Shown here: positions 1-10,652 of the stretch, piece by piece
How positions within the stretch are numbered: position 1 is the stretch's first letter
Layout of the letters: the number at the start of each line of letters is the position of its first letter
DNA from: Candidatus Poribacteria bacterium
GTDB taxonomy: Bacteria; Poribacteria; WGA-4E; WGA-3G
NCBI GenBank assembly: GCA_963663765.2
Contig: CAXXUA010000005.1
Location: 480,001-544,000 of the forward strand
Length of the DNA stretch: 64,000 nucleotides
Direction: 5' to 3'
Made by a program: the position numbers and the translations under genes
Notes under the pieces: generated by a model
Database searches by the model: none
The model's input: the letters and a program-made list of their open reading frames with translations, nothing else
What the model was told of the DNA's origin: nothing

Positions 1-5
1 CTCAA

Positions 6-971
6 TTGGAGGAAGACGGTCTCATGGATAATACGATCATTTTTCTCTGGAGCGATCACGGGGAAGGACTACCACGCGGTAAACGATGGCCCTATGACGC
101 TGGCATTCGCATTCCTCTGATTGTGCGTTGGCACGGACATCTTGCCGAAGGAAGTGTAACGGATCAGTTGGTGAGTTTGATAGACCTTGGTCCCACCGTG
201 CTATCATTGTGTGATGTGCAAGCACCAAAACACTTACAAGGACAACCCTTCTTGGGTCCCAATAAAATTGAACGCGAATATATATACGCAACGCGCGATA
301 GATATGATGAATCTTATGATATGATGCGGGCTGTGCGCGATAAGAAGTATAAATACATCCGAAATTATTATCCTGAAAAGCCGTATCTGCTCTGGATTCC
401 TTATCGCAATCGCCATCCTGTTATGCAAGAGATGTGGAGGCTTCATGCAGAAGGCAAGTTGGAAGGGGATCAATTGGTCATGTTCCAATCAAAACGTCCC
501 GCGGAAGAACTCTATGATGTTGAAAACGACAAGTATGAACTCAATAACTTGGCTGAGGATGCTGCGCACGACACTGTGCTTGATCGGATGCGGAATGCTT
601 TGACGCAATGGCAATCTGATTTCGGTGATATGGGAGAAATACCTGAAGATCAGATGGTTGCAAGATGGTACCCTGATGGCAAACAACCCAAGACCGCAGC
701 ACCAATTTTTATTCCTATAAACGGATCTAATCCTGGAAGGGAACCTGCACAAGAAAATGGAGAATGGGAGGCACCACTGCTATTGCAACTGCACTGTTCT
801 ACACAAGGCGCATCAATTGCCTATACATCAGAACAAGGAGAAGATGCACACTGGTTGTTATATTCCGAACCTTTGCGTATACCAAAAGGAAAGACCACCG
901 TTCGCACAAAAGCAATTCGGATTGGGTATGAAGAAAGTGATGAGACGGTACTAACCCTCACAGTTTCTTGA
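6..971 (+). CDS. Sulfatase, 5'-truncated by the window edge, with C-terminal chitobiase/Fn3-associated-like domain
   Basis: WSDHG and YPEKPY...ELYD..ND.YELNNL sulfatase motifs; close paralog of 4689..6293. Confidence 0.9.
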   Translation: MEEDGLMDNTIIFLWSDHGEGLPRGKRWPYDAGIRIPLIVRWHGHLAEGSVTDQLVSLIDLGPTVLSLCDVQAPKHLQGQPFLGPNKIEREYIYATRDRYDESYDMMRAVRDKKYKYIRNYYPEKPYLLWIPYRNRHPVMQEMWRLHAEGKLEGDQLVMFQSKRPAEELYDVENDKYELNNLAEDAAHDTVLDRMRNALTQWQSDFGDMGEIPEDQMVARWYPDGKQPKTAAPIFIPINGSNPGREPAQENGEWEAPLLLQLHCSTQGASIAYTSEQGEDAHWLLYSEPLRIPKGKTTVRTKAIRIGYEESDETVLTLTVS

Positions 972-1059
972 CGAGTCTTAAAGGGTGAGTGCTTTTTCAA
1001 AGTTCTATAGAACCGATTTACATCAGATTTTAGCATTATTGTTGCCAAAGGAGGACTGT

Positions 1060-2124
1060 ATGTCATATGCCGTGCCGATAAACGGAGAAATTCTCCCCGA
1101 CATCAATAAGATGCTAATTATCCGGACTGATGGCATTGGAGATTTGCTGAACGCTACACCAGCAATAGCACTTTTACGACAGAACTATCCTTCTGCGGAA
1201 ATCACGGTGTTAGCACGTCCCCTTAACGCCCCGGTGCTGATAGGAAATCCAGATGTTGACAGAGTACTTGTGTTTGATCGTACGCTGGAACATCGGCAAT
1301 TATCACAGCAACTCCAATTCTATCACATACTAAGACAAGAAAAGTTTGACCTCGTAGTTGCGATGCAAACCGCCACGTTACCACATGTTATCGCATTTCT
1401 ATCAGGTGCACGATATCGCTTAGGTCGTTATCAGAAACGATTCCGTTCTACACTTACACATGCATGGCGTGGAAAATACCAAAAAGGCGTAACACACGAA
1501 GTAGATAGGAACTTGGAATTAGTGCGGTTAATCTGTCAAGGAGAAGGCAAGCGACAACTTGTACTTAACTTGTTACCTGATGAGATTGTGAATGCTAAAA
1601 CACTTCTCGCATCTTGGAATTTAGCTGAAGTTCCATTTCTTGTCGGAATTCATCCGGGTGGAAGTTCCTATGACAAAAGGTGGCCTGAGAAACAATATGC
1701 TGAATTTGCCGACAGACTTGTGCAGCATGACAACGCTAAAATTCTTCTATTACGTGGTCCTGACGAAGCGGAATTGACTCAGAACGTTCAGGATGCGATG
1801 CAGTCTGATGCGGTTGTTTACGCGCCGCAGACAATTCGCGAATTGTCTGCGATACTTTCACACTGCAACCTATTCGTGTGTAACGATTCTGGTCCGATGC
1901 ATCTTGCAGCAGCATTGAACGTAAAGACGGTAGCGATCTTCGGTCCTACTGACCACGTTGCATGGCGTCCGATGAGTGAAAACGCGACTATTGTGCGTCG
2001 CGATATGCCGTGTTGGCCGTGTAGCGCACACAAGTGCAAAATCGGATGGGAATGCACAAAAAAACTTCCTGTTGAAATGGTCTGGGATACAACAACTATG
2101 ACCATAGAAACGAGTCTAAAATGA
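1060..2124 (+). CDS. Glycosyltransferase family 9 (heptosyltransferase-like)
   Basis: IRTDGIGDLL, HPGGS..KRWP and CNDSGPMHLAAA motifs; start moved to ATG 1060 after AAGGAGG. Confidence 0.9.
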   Translation: MSYAVPINGEILPDINKMLIIRTDGIGDLLNATPAIALLRQNYPSAEITVLARPLNAPVLIGNPDVDRVLVFDRTLEHRQLSQQLQFYHILRQEKFDLVVAMQTATLPHVIAFLSGARYRLGRYQKRFRSTLTHAWRGKYQKGVTHEVDRNLELVRLICQGEGKRQLVLNLLPDEIVNAKTLLASWNLAEVPFLVGIHPGGSSYDKRWPEKQYAEFADRLVQHDNAKILLLRGPDEAELTQNVQDAMQSDAVVYAPQTIRELSAILSHCNLFVCNDSGPMHLAAALNVKTVAIFGPTDHVAWRPMSENATIVRRDMPCWPCSAHKCKIGWECTKKLPVEMVWDTTTMTIETSLK

Positions 2125-3368
2125 AAATTGCAATCGCAGCATGGGGAACAACAGGAGATGTCTATCCATTATTAGCATTGGCTGAACGTCTGCTAAAGCA
2201 TAGACATAATGTACGTGTGTGCGCACCATCTATCTATAAAGACAAGATCCATGAGATTGGTGCAGATTTCTACGAAATTGGTGTGGTATTTGATTTAGCA
2301 GAATTCCATCAGACGATGGACTCAATGATAGCAATGCGTGACCCTATGGAATCGTTGTTGCTAATTGCCAAGGAAGGTGTTTTAAAAGGTGGAGAAAAGT
2401 GGTATAACGATTGTTTTGAAGCAATGAAAGGTTATGATTTAGTAATATGTCATTCCGTTGACATCCCTGCTCAGGAAGCAGCCATACACAACGATTTGCC
2501 GTGGATAACAGTGACATACTGCCCTGGTTTCATAAAAACATCTGACAATGCACCATATCCGTTTCCCAATTGGAATAGAACGTTCAACGCATTCGTTTGG
2601 AAGTTAGTAAGGTTAAGGCTCAAATATTCGGTTGATCCGCTTTTCAATCAGTTTATCATCTCTGTCGGTGGGAAACCGCGGGCATTTATGGCTTCTGATG
2701 AGATGTATTCCCCGTACCTTAACCTTATCGCTGCAACCCCTTCTCTCTGTTCATCAATAAGATTTGGACCGAAACATAAATTTACAGGTGTTTGGCATCT
2801 TGGAATACCGGATTTCGAACCACCTTCTGAACTCACAGAATTTCTGTCTGACGGTGCTCCACCAATCGTGATTACGTTTGGATCAATGGGAGGGAGTGAC
2901 GGGAAAGAGACAACGGAGATCTTAGTTGATGCCATCAAAAGCACGAATCAACGTGCTATTATCCAAGCGGGTTGGGGATTGTTAGGCACACAGGAGGTTG
3001 TTCCGAATATCTACTGTGCTGAGTATCTTCCGCATCAATGGTTGTTTCCACAAGCGCGTTGTGTAGTGCATCACGGTGGTGCGGGAACAACTGCTTCAGT
3101 TTGTCGTGCCAAAGTGCCATCAGTCGTTGTGCCACACATTGCAGATCAATTCTATTGGGGTAAGTTGCTCTATGACCTGGGAATTGCTCCGAAAAGTCTG
3201 CCTCGACGTAAACTTAATGCGAAACGGCTTGCAAAACGGATTCAACAGGTTTTAGATACACCTACCATGACTGAACACGCAGAGACCATAGGCACACAAA
3301 TGGAATCTGAGGATGGTTTGTCAACAGCGGTTGACCTTATAGAGTCCTTCCCTTTGTTAAAAAAATGA
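2121..3368 (+). CDS. GT1/GT28-like glycosyltransferase (sterol glucosyltransferase-like)
   Basis: GTTGDVYP, FGSM, VHHGGAGTT, DQFYWG; ATGA overlap with upstream gene. Confidence 0.88.
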   Translation: MKIAIAAWGTTGDVYPLLALAERLLKHRHNVRVCAPSIYKDKIHEIGADFYEIGVVFDLAEFHQTMDSMIAMRDPMESLLLIAKEGVLKGGEKWYNDCFEAMKGYDLVICHSVDIPAQEAAIHNDLPWITVTYCPGFIKTSDNAPYPFPNWNRTFNAFVWKLVRLRLKYSVDPLFNQFIISVGGKPRAFMASDEMYSPYLNLIAATPSLCSSIRFGPKHKFTGVWHLGIPDFEPPSELTEFLSDGAPPIVITFGSMGGSDGKETTEILVDAIKSTNQRAIIQAGWGLLGTQEVVPNIYCAEYLPHQWLFPQARCVVHHGGAGTTASVCRAKVPSVVVPHIADQFYWGKLLYDLGIAPKSLPRRKLNAKRLAKRIQQVLDTPTMTEHAETIGTQMESEDGLSTAVDLIESFPLLKK

Positions 3369-4330
3369 AGAAGATCCTTGTATTCAGTTTCAGTTTTATC
3401 GGTGATGCAGTATTGTCAACCTGCGTGATCCGACCCCTGCGAGCACATTTCCAAAATTCCCATCTAACCTTTCTTGTTGGTCCCAGCGCGTCCAAAATCC
3501 TTGAAAACGACCTACAACTTGATACCGTCCTTGTCTACGCTAATAGAGGAGAACACGCGGGTTTGAAAGGTAGACTGAAACTCATACAGACATTACGGCG
3601 TGAAAAATATGATCTCGTGGTAAATTTGCGGGATAGTTTGGCTGCACGATGTATCGGCACGGAGCATTGGGGTTTGCTACGCGGAGATAGAGAACGACAT
3701 GCAGTTACCCGTTATCTGGAAGTGCTGAGCAACCAAGGTGTTGATACGACAGATGCACATCCCCATTTGCAGTTGACTGAATTTGAACACTCAACAGCAC
3801 ACAACTTTCTTACCGAAGCAGGTGCCACATCAGAAAGATTATTAATTGGGATTCACCCAGGCGGGAACTGGGAATACAAACTGTGGGACGCAAGGAAATA
3901 CGCACAATTGGCAAATGCTTTATCAACTAAAAAAAATGCATCTATTGTACTCTTTGCAGGTCCGAATGAACGCAAACTCCAAGCACAAGTTGCGGATATG
4001 ATGGAAACACCACCGATCCTCGTCAAAACGGATAATTTACGTAAAGTCACTGCATTGATTGCAGCGTGTGATGTCTACATCGGTAACGACACAGGTCCAA
4101 TGCACATTGCTGCTGCTGTCCGAACACCTGTGATCGCACTGTTCGGGTCAACAAACCACATTCGCAGCGGTCCTTTTGGTGAAAAGCATACAGTTGTGCA
4201 AAGTGGAATAGATTTAGGGTGCAATCCGTGTCATCCAGGACGAAATCCTGGTGGGTGTGGTGCTGGCAGCTGCGCCGTCATTGATGGGATTACGGTGCAA
4301 CAGGTGTTGGATGCTGTGAGTAGGTTATAA
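3365..4330 (+). CDS. Glycosyltransferase family 9
   Basis: FIGDAVL, HPGG..EYKLW, GNDTGPMHIAAA. Confidence 0.9.
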   Translation: MKKILVFSFSFIGDAVLSTCVIRPLRAHFQNSHLTFLVGPSASKILENDLQLDTVLVYANRGEHAGLKGRLKLIQTLRREKYDLVVNLRDSLAARCIGTEHWGLLRGDRERHAVTRYLEVLSNQGVDTTDAHPHLQLTEFEHSTAHNFLTEAGATSERLLIGIHPGGNWEYKLWDARKYAQLANALSTKKNASIVLFAGPNERKLQAQVADMMETPPILVKTDNLRKVTALIAACDVYIGNDTGPMHIAAAVRTPVIALFGSTNHIRSGPFGEKHTVVQSGIDLGCNPCHPGRNPGGCGAGSCAVIDGITVQQVLDAVSRL

Positions 4331-4339
4331 ATCTTTACA

Positions 4340-4619
4340 CCATTAGCGTCAATTTATAGTGAAATATACAATTAAGTTTACACGTTTTCTGTAGAAGCGA
4401 TCTCCGAATCGCGACTAAACGCCTTGATAGTCGGGAATCGGAGTTCCCTCCTACACCTGAAAGTGTAAAAATAATTCTAAAATCCACTATAAGAAAATAG
4501 AGTTGGCATTTTCTCTTGTGGGAGGGGTTTTCAACCCCGATTTGAGAGTAAATGAATATAAAATCGGGGTTGAAAACCCCTCCCACAAGAGGTCAAAACC
4601 CTTAAATTGACACTAATGG
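4340..4619. mobile_element. MITE family A (TIR CCATTAGYGTCAATTTA) carrying two REP doublets
   Basis: ccattagcgtcaattta ... taaattgacactaatgg; internal gtgggaggggttttcaaccccgattt/aaatcggggttgaaaacccctcccac; degenerate long flanking repeat ttataaatctttaca / ttagaaaacttttgaca. Confidence 0.75.
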
Positions 4620-4688
4620 TTAGAAAACTTTTGACACTTGACTTAACTCACTGTTTGGAATACCGTCGCTTGCAAAAAGGGAGTTAGA

Positions 4689-6293
4689 ATGAACTTATCA
4701 TCCCGTCCGAATATTCTCTGGATTTCTATAGAAGATACCAGTCCGCGATTTGGTTGCTACGGTGATACGATGGCGCGTACACCGAACATTGACCGACTTG
4801 CTGCTGAAGGTTGTCGGTTTCCTAATGCGTTTTGTACCGCAGGTGTATGTGCGCCGAGTCGCTCCGCTATCATCACAGGTATGTATCAAACCTCTATCGG
4901 GGCACACCACATGCGGACAGGACTTAGAAACCAAAATACACCGCACAACTTACCACCGTATGCCACTGTTCCACCTCCTTATGTCAAAACATTTACAGAA
5001 TACCTAAGAAGTGCTGGTTATTATTGTACCAACAACAGCAAAACTGACTATCAGTTTACACCGCCTGTTACTGCCTGGGATGACAATGGTAGTAAAGGAC
5101 ATTGGCGAAATCGTGGGGAAGGACAACCCTTCTTTTCTGTTTTTAACCCAACCGTTACTCACGAAAGCGGAATGTGGGAACGGAAAGATCGTCCATTGAC
5201 TACAAATCCAGACGATGTACAGTTACCACCCTATCTGCCTGATACACCGAAAGCCAGACGGGCGTTGGCTCGCCAGTATGATAACCTTGCCACTGCCGAT
5301 GCACGTGTGGGTGAGTTAATAGATCAGTTGGAAGAGGATGGATTTGCTGAAAATACAATTGTCTTTCTCTGGAGTGATCACGGTGAAGGACTTCCAAGAG
5401 GGAAACGTTGGCTCTATGATGCGGGTATTCGAATTCCATTGATTGTCCGTTGGCACGGCGAACTACGTCCAGGGAGTAAAAGTGATCAATTGGTTAGTTT
5501 GATAGATCTTGGTCCAACGGTGTTGTCGTTATGTGATGTGCAAGCCCCCCAGCATTTACAAGGACAACCCTTTCTCGGTATACAAACAGTTAAACGTGAT
5601 TATATCTTTGCAACGCGCGACCGAATTGGTTCATCCTATGACATGATCCGTGCTGTCCGCGATAAAAAGTATAAATACATTAGAAATTACTATCCAGAAA
5701 AGCCATATCTGCTCTGGAGTCCTTATCGCAACCGGCACCCCGTGATGCAAGAGATGTGGAGACTTTATGCCGAAGATAAGTTAGAAGGCAATCAATTGGT
5801 CATGTTCCAAACACCGCGCCCCACCGAAGAACTTTACGATGTTGAAAATGACAAGTATGAACTCAATAACTTGGCTGAGGATGCTGCGCACGCCACTGTG
5901 CTTGAACGGCTGCGGAAAGCATTGACGCAATGGCAATCTGATTTCGGTGACATGGGAGAAATTCCTGAAGACCAAATGATTGAAAGATGGCACCCTGATG
6001 GCAAACAACCCAAGACAGCATCACCAATTTTTATTCCCATTAACGTCTCTAATCCTGGAAGGGAACCCGCACAAGAAAATGGAGAATGGGATGCACCGCT
6101 GCTATTGCAACTCCACTGTTCTACACAAGGGGCATCAATTGCTTATACAACAGAACAAGGAGAAGATGCACACTGGCTATTATATTCCGAACCTTTACGT
6201 ATACCAAAGGGTAAGACTGCCATTCGGACAAAAGCGATTCGAATTGGATATGAAGAAAGTGATGAGACTTCACTAACCCTCACAGTTTCCTGA
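4689..6293 (+). CDS. Cys-type sulfatase with C-terminal chitobiase/Fn3-associated-like domain
   Basis: RPNILWI, CAPSRSAIITG (CxPxR), WSDHG. Confidence 0.93.
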   Translation: MNLSSRPNILWISIEDTSPRFGCYGDTMARTPNIDRLAAEGCRFPNAFCTAGVCAPSRSAIITGMYQTSIGAHHMRTGLRNQNTPHNLPPYATVPPPYVKTFTEYLRSAGYYCTNNSKTDYQFTPPVTAWDDNGSKGHWRNRGEGQPFFSVFNPTVTHESGMWERKDRPLTTNPDDVQLPPYLPDTPKARRALARQYDNLATADARVGELIDQLEEDGFAENTIVFLWSDHGEGLPRGKRWLYDAGIRIPLIVRWHGELRPGSKSDQLVSLIDLGPTVLSLCDVQAPQHLQGQPFLGIQTVKRDYIFATRDRIGSSYDMIRAVRDKKYKYIRNYYPEKPYLLWSPYRNRHPVMQEMWRLYAEDKLEGNQLVMFQTPRPTEELYDVENDKYELNNLAEDAAHATVLERLRKALTQWQSDFGDMGEIPEDQMIERWHPDGKQPKTASPIFIPINVSNPGREPAQENGEWDAPLLLQLHCSTQGASIAYTTEQGEDAHWLLYSEPLRIPKGKTAIRTKAIRIGYEESDETSLTLTVS

Positions 6294-6473
6294 CGAAGCA
6301 GTAGGTGATGCTGTGCTATCTCCGAGTCCTATAATAATGTTTGGCCACTCACGGGTATGAATCCGATATTTTTTTACAATGTCACTGCTACGGTGAAATG
6401 TATGCAATTTCACACTTATAAAAGTGCGATTCTTCCTAACATCAATAACCTTACCTCGCTTCTTACTTGGCAT

Positions 6474-8708
6474 TCAGTTTTTGTGCTTTAATCGCAAGCT
6501 ATTCAACACGACAGACACACTACTAAACGCCATCGCAAACGCCGCAAGCATCGGATGCAATTCACGCAGCATAGATGGCAAGAATTCAAGCGGAAATAAC
6601 ACCCCAGCAGCAACAGGAATCAACAACACATTATAGATAAATGCCCAAAACAGATTCTGTTTTATCGTACGCAGTGTGGACCGACTGAGCCTAATAGCAT
6701 CAGGAATAGCGCGAAGGTCACCGTGCATCAACGTCAGATCGGCTGTTTCCATAGCAATGTCTGTTCCCGTGCCGAGTGCCATCCCAACATCTGCTTGTGC
6801 TAACGCAGGCGCATCGTTGATACCGTCCCCCACCATCGCCACGAGACCTCTTGTTTCTTCTTGTGCTTTTTTTACAGCTTCAGCTTTATCTTCAGGCAGA
6901 AGTTCTGCCATCACATCGGTAATTCCAACACCTTTTGCAATAGCCTGTGCTGTGCCTTGGTTGTCTCCGGTCATCATTGTCAAATTGCATCCGAGTTGTC
7001 TGAGTTCAGTAACAGCAGTTTTCGCCTCAGTTTTCATCGTATCCGCAACAGCAAGAAGTCCGCTTACTTTTAAATCAATTGCAACCCACAATACTGTTTT
7101 AGCGTCTGCTTGTAGCCGTTCTGCGTCTGCATCAAAAGCATGTGTCCGAATGTTATGGTGTTGCATTAAGGACAAATTGCCTATGATGATATTTTTCTCA
7201 TCAAGTTGTGCTATAATACCATTACCAGCAACAGCACTGAATTCCGTAGGCATGATAGTCTCAATATCGCGTTCCGAAGCAGCAGACACAATTGCTTTAC
7301 CGATGGGGTGTTCACTACCACGTTCAGCAGAGGCAGCCATCTGAAGCAATTGATTCTTATCTCCATCGTCTGCAATAATGTCCGTAAGGGTAAGTCGTCC
7401 TTGTGTGAGTGTGCCGGTCTTATCAAGAACGACCTGCGATATTGCACCCACATGTTCTAACGCTTCACTATTCCGAAAGAGGATACCACGTTGTGCACCA
7501 AGTCCTGTGCTAACCATTATCGCTGTCGGTGTTGCAAGTCCTAATGCACATGGACACGCAATAACCAGTACTGCTACCAATCGGAGCATTGCATCTGTGA
7601 AGCCTTGAGCGGGAAGGAACCACCACACAAAGAAGGTCACTGCAGCGATAGCTAAGACAATAGGTACAAACACACTTGCAACAGCATCTGCGGTGCGTTG
7701 AATGGGTGCTTTGCTTTGCTGTGTTTGTTGCACTAATTGAACAAGTTTTGCCAGAGATGTATCTGTCCCAACATGTGTAGCCTCAATAGTCAACATGCCG
7801 CTCTGATTGATCGTAGCGCTGGCAACGGTATCACCTACAGTCTTATCAACAGGCATACTTTCACCAGTGAACAAACTTTCGTCAACGGCACTTGAACCTT
7901 CGCTCACGATGCCATCAACAGGCATGCTTTCGCCAGGACGCACAATAAGTATGTCACCAGCGACTACTTGTTCAATTGGTATGTGCTGTTCTTCACCATC
8001 TTTAAGTAGACATGCAGTTTTCGGTGAGAGTTGCATCAGTTTTTTGAGGGCCGCACTTGTCTGCCCTTTTGCACGCGCCTCCAAAAACTTGCCCAATTTT
8101 ATCAATGTGATGATAACAGCCGCAGTCTCAAAATAAACATGGTCTCCAAACCTCTCTGAATTTAGGGTTAAGGCAAACATGACGACTATACTATACAGAA
8201 ACGCAACAGAAGACCCCATTGCAACAAGCACATCCATATTTGCAGAACGATTGTTTAGTGATTTGTAACTACCGACATAGTAATCCCAACCGACATAAAC
8301 CTGCACGGGTAGTGCTAAAGCAAACATTATCCAGTTGACCCAAGGATCATGTGTCCATTCCCCAATCAATTCCATATCTCTACCCATGCTAAGTAGAAAT
8401 AACGGGAGTGTGAAAAGGATACCTACACTGAATTGATGCTTTTGTCGTTGTAGTTCTTCAGCACGTGCGGCAGCCTCTGAATCTGCGTCAATAACGTCAA
8501 ATCCAAGTGATCGGATTTTGTCAACAATCGTTTCCTCATTGAGTGAAGAAGGGTTATATGTGACTGCAGCCTGTTCCGTTGCGATGCTAACATTCGCTAT
8601 AAGAATGCCATCCATCTCTTGAAGACTATCGGTGATAGTTGACGCACAACCTTCACAATGCATCCCTGTGATAGGAAGTGAAATCTGTTGTTGCATGATT
8701 TTTCTCAA
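6474..8708 (-). CDS. copA: Copper-type P1B ATPase
   Basis: GMHCEGC HMA domain, [22 protein letters not shown] and MAFSSVSV motifs. Confidence 0.92.
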   Translation of the reverse strand: MRKIMQQQISLPITGMHCEGCASTITDSLQEMDGILIANVSIATEQAAVTYNPSSLNEETIVDKIRSLGFDVIDADSEAAARAEELQRQKHQFSVGILFTLPLFLLSMGRDMELIGEWTHDPWVNWIMFALALPVQVYVGWDYYVGSYKSLNNRSANMDVLVAMGSSVAFLYSIVVMFALTLNSERFGDHVYFETAAVIITLIKLGKFLEARAKGQTSAALKKLMQLSPKTACLLKDGEEQHIPIEQVVAGDILIVRPGESMPVDGIVSEGSSAVDESLFTGESMPVDKTVGDTVASATINQSGMLTIEATHVGTDTSLAKLVQLVQQTQQSKAPIQRTADAVASVFVPIVLAIAAVTFFVWWFLPAQGFTDAMLRLVAVLVIACPCALGLATPTAIMVSTGLGAQRGILFRNSEALEHVGAISQVVLDKTGTLTQGRLTLTDIIADDGDKNQLLQMAASAERGSEHPIGKAIVSAASERDIETIMPTEFSAVAGNGIIAQLDEKNIIIGNLSLMQHHNIRTHAFDADAERLQADAKTVLWVAIDLKVSGLLAVADTMKTEAKTAVTELRQLGCNLTMMTGDNQGTAQAIAKGVGITDVMAELLPEDKAEAVKKAQEETRGLVAMVGDGINDAPALAQADVGMALGTGTDIAMETADLTLMHGDLRAIPDAIRLSRSTLRTIKQNLFWAFIYNVLLIPVAAGVLFPLEFLPSMLRELHPMLAAFAMAFSSVSVVLNSLRLKHKN

Positions 8709-8725
8709 AGTTGTCTAACTCGCCG

Positions 8726-10456
8726 TTACGGTTCAGGAAGTAAAGGCTCCAGTTCGTTTGGTGTAGCCCTAAATATAAAAGCATCTCTTCCAGTAAAATA
8801 CTGATTGTAAACTGCTTCCCAATCGCTGTTTGTTAATCCCCATTGTGGTGCATTACCAAGTTTAAAATAAACAATATCTGCGTCTTCCAGACTCTTGAAC
8901 GGATATTCGCCAACCGGTGCGTCACGGCTACCGGGAATAAAGATAACAGCATTGTGGATTTCTGAATTCTTAACCAACGGGGGTAATTTCTGATATTCAT
9001 TACTCCATTTTTGATACGCTATACCAATACGGACATAAGTCCACACCGTGTTTTGAATAAGTAGCATTGAGCATAATCCAGCAACATAAAACATCACTGC
9101 GACATAACGAATTGCTGCAACACCCGTGCGTCTGTTTTCTGAGATCGGTTTCTTCAGTCGTTCAAAAAGGATAAACATGCCTTTCGCTGCAAGCGGAATG
9201 AAACCGAGAAATATCGCCTCTGTGTAGTAACGAGCATTGACAGGTGTAAATCCCCATGTTGATCCTTCAAAATAGAAGAAGGCGTAAAGCAACAGACTCC
9301 CAACAATCAATGAAATACTTAAGACATCGTATCTATTACGTGAGGCATGAAAAAATGGTAGAAGCACAAAAAACCAAGGTAGAAACAACGGCAAAAAGTC
9401 AATGAAAAAACCAAAAGTCAGTTTAGGTTCTGCAAGTAATCCCGGATGATAGTTGCCCCATCCGAATGCATTGAAACTGATACACGGAAGGATGTGTCGC
9501 CATGTTCTCTCGACTGCCCATTGTGGCTTAAATTCCCATCCACTATCAGGGTCAACATAGTATCCTTCTGTGCGTTTACCGAATCCAATTTTATCGTAAG
9601 GTTGCGCGGCGGTATGCGTAAAAGTGAACGGATCTCCAGTAAAATGGTGATTCCATGCCATACACAAGAACACCCATACAGCAAAAGGCATTAAGAAAAT
9701 CCCTAACCGAGATAATAATTGTTTTCGTGTAGGTAAATTGGTCTGTTTTTGTGCTTCCGTTTCATCAGACTTACTTGTCATATCGGGTTTATACAGATGA
9801 TAAAGCGCGAAACCTGCACCGACAACACCAAAGACAATTGCTGAGAGCGGACGTGTATTGAACGCATACCCTAATGCGCATCCTGAGAGAAGCGGATAAA
9901 GCACATTACCTGTACCGTTTAAGGTGCGAACCAATGCAAATAGATAGAGTGTCAAGTAAAATCGACTTACCGGTTCGCTGAACCAAGTTGATCCCATGCC
10001 TGCGGTTATCGGTGAAATCAGTGCAAACACTGCAGCGATGAGAGCAATGGGTTTCCCGTAAGTTTCTTTTACGAAGAGGAAAAGCAGAAACAGCGCACCA
10101 CCTGTTGCAAGCGCAGGAATCAGCCAAGGTGCGTTGACAAACACACCGAACATCAGCATCAACGCATTGCCGAATGGATATTTAGAATACCATTTATCGT
10201 TCAGCATGTTGATATGCGGTGAAGACGACAACCCATATTCGGGCATCGGTTTACCGTTTGGTTCCAGAGTCACCTCTCCATCTATCGTTTGCGGTGGAAC
10301 CGGTATTGATATTTTACCTTGCGCAAACAGTTTCGCCTGAAATAGATAAGAAGCAGTATCGGGTTCAAAGTAGGAAAAATTGAGGTAGATACCACTGAGA
10401 ATTATTGATAGCAGCACACCAAGTATGGAGATAATAAGAATAGTTTTGTTTTTCAT
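8726..10456 (-). CDS. Multi-pass GT-C fold (ArnT/PMT-like) glycosyltransferase
   Basis: D..SYLFQAK.FA.G, SKYP.G, many hydrophobic helices. Confidence 0.7.
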   Translation of the reverse strand: MKNKTILIISILGVLLSIILSGIYLNFSYFEPDTASYLFQAKLFAQGKISIPVPPQTIDGEVTLEPNGKPMPEYGLSSSPHINMLNDKWYSKYPFGNALMLMFGVFVNAPWLIPALATGGALFLLFLFVKETYGKPIALIAAVFALISPITAGMGSTWFSEPVSRFYLTLYLFALVRTLNGTGNVLYPLLSGCALGYAFNTRPLSAIVFGVVGAGFALYHLYKPDMTSKSDETEAQKQTNLPTRKQLLSRLGIFLMPFAVWVFLCMAWNHHFTGDPFTFTHTAAQPYDKIGFGKRTEGYYVDPDSGWEFKPQWAVERTWRHILPCISFNAFGWGNYHPGLLAEPKLTFGFFIDFLPLFLPWFFVLLPFFHASRNRYDVLSISLIVGSLLLYAFFYFEGSTWGFTPVNARYYTEAIFLGFIPLAAKGMFILFERLKKPISENRRTGVAAIRYVAVMFYVAGLCSMLLIQNTVWTYVRIGIAYQKWSNEYQKLPPLVKNSEIHNAVIFIPGSRDAPVGEYPFKSLEDADIVYFKLGNAPQWGLTNSDWEAVYNQYFTGRDAFIFRATPNELEPLLPEP

Positions 10457-10571
10457 TTTATTACAATATCTTTCCTACTTGTAGACAGTCAAGTGTGCTA
10501 TCATTTCTTGGTTTCTAATTCTTTTGTATGTCTCTTGTTGTTTTGTCATAACTCAAGATTGACTTTTTCAT

Positions 10572-10599
10572 TTGACACATGCATCAAATATGATACAAT
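10572..10599 (+). promoter_or_regulatory. Sigma70-type promoter of the DUF5069 gene
   Basis: TTGACA-16 bp-TACAAT with TGn extended -10. Confidence 0.6.
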
Positions 10600-10652
10600 A
10601 CTATAGCAGATATAATAACACATGTTCACACAAAATGAAAGGATAACTAATC

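Noticed and set aside
4335-4586. 83-aa ORF (and 12384..12626, 14275..14532, 19981..20334)
   Set aside because: They lie within MITE/REP sequence and lack protein-like signatures.
6676-8136. Plus-strand ORFs opposite copA
   Set aside because: Antisense shadow frames without recognisable motifs.
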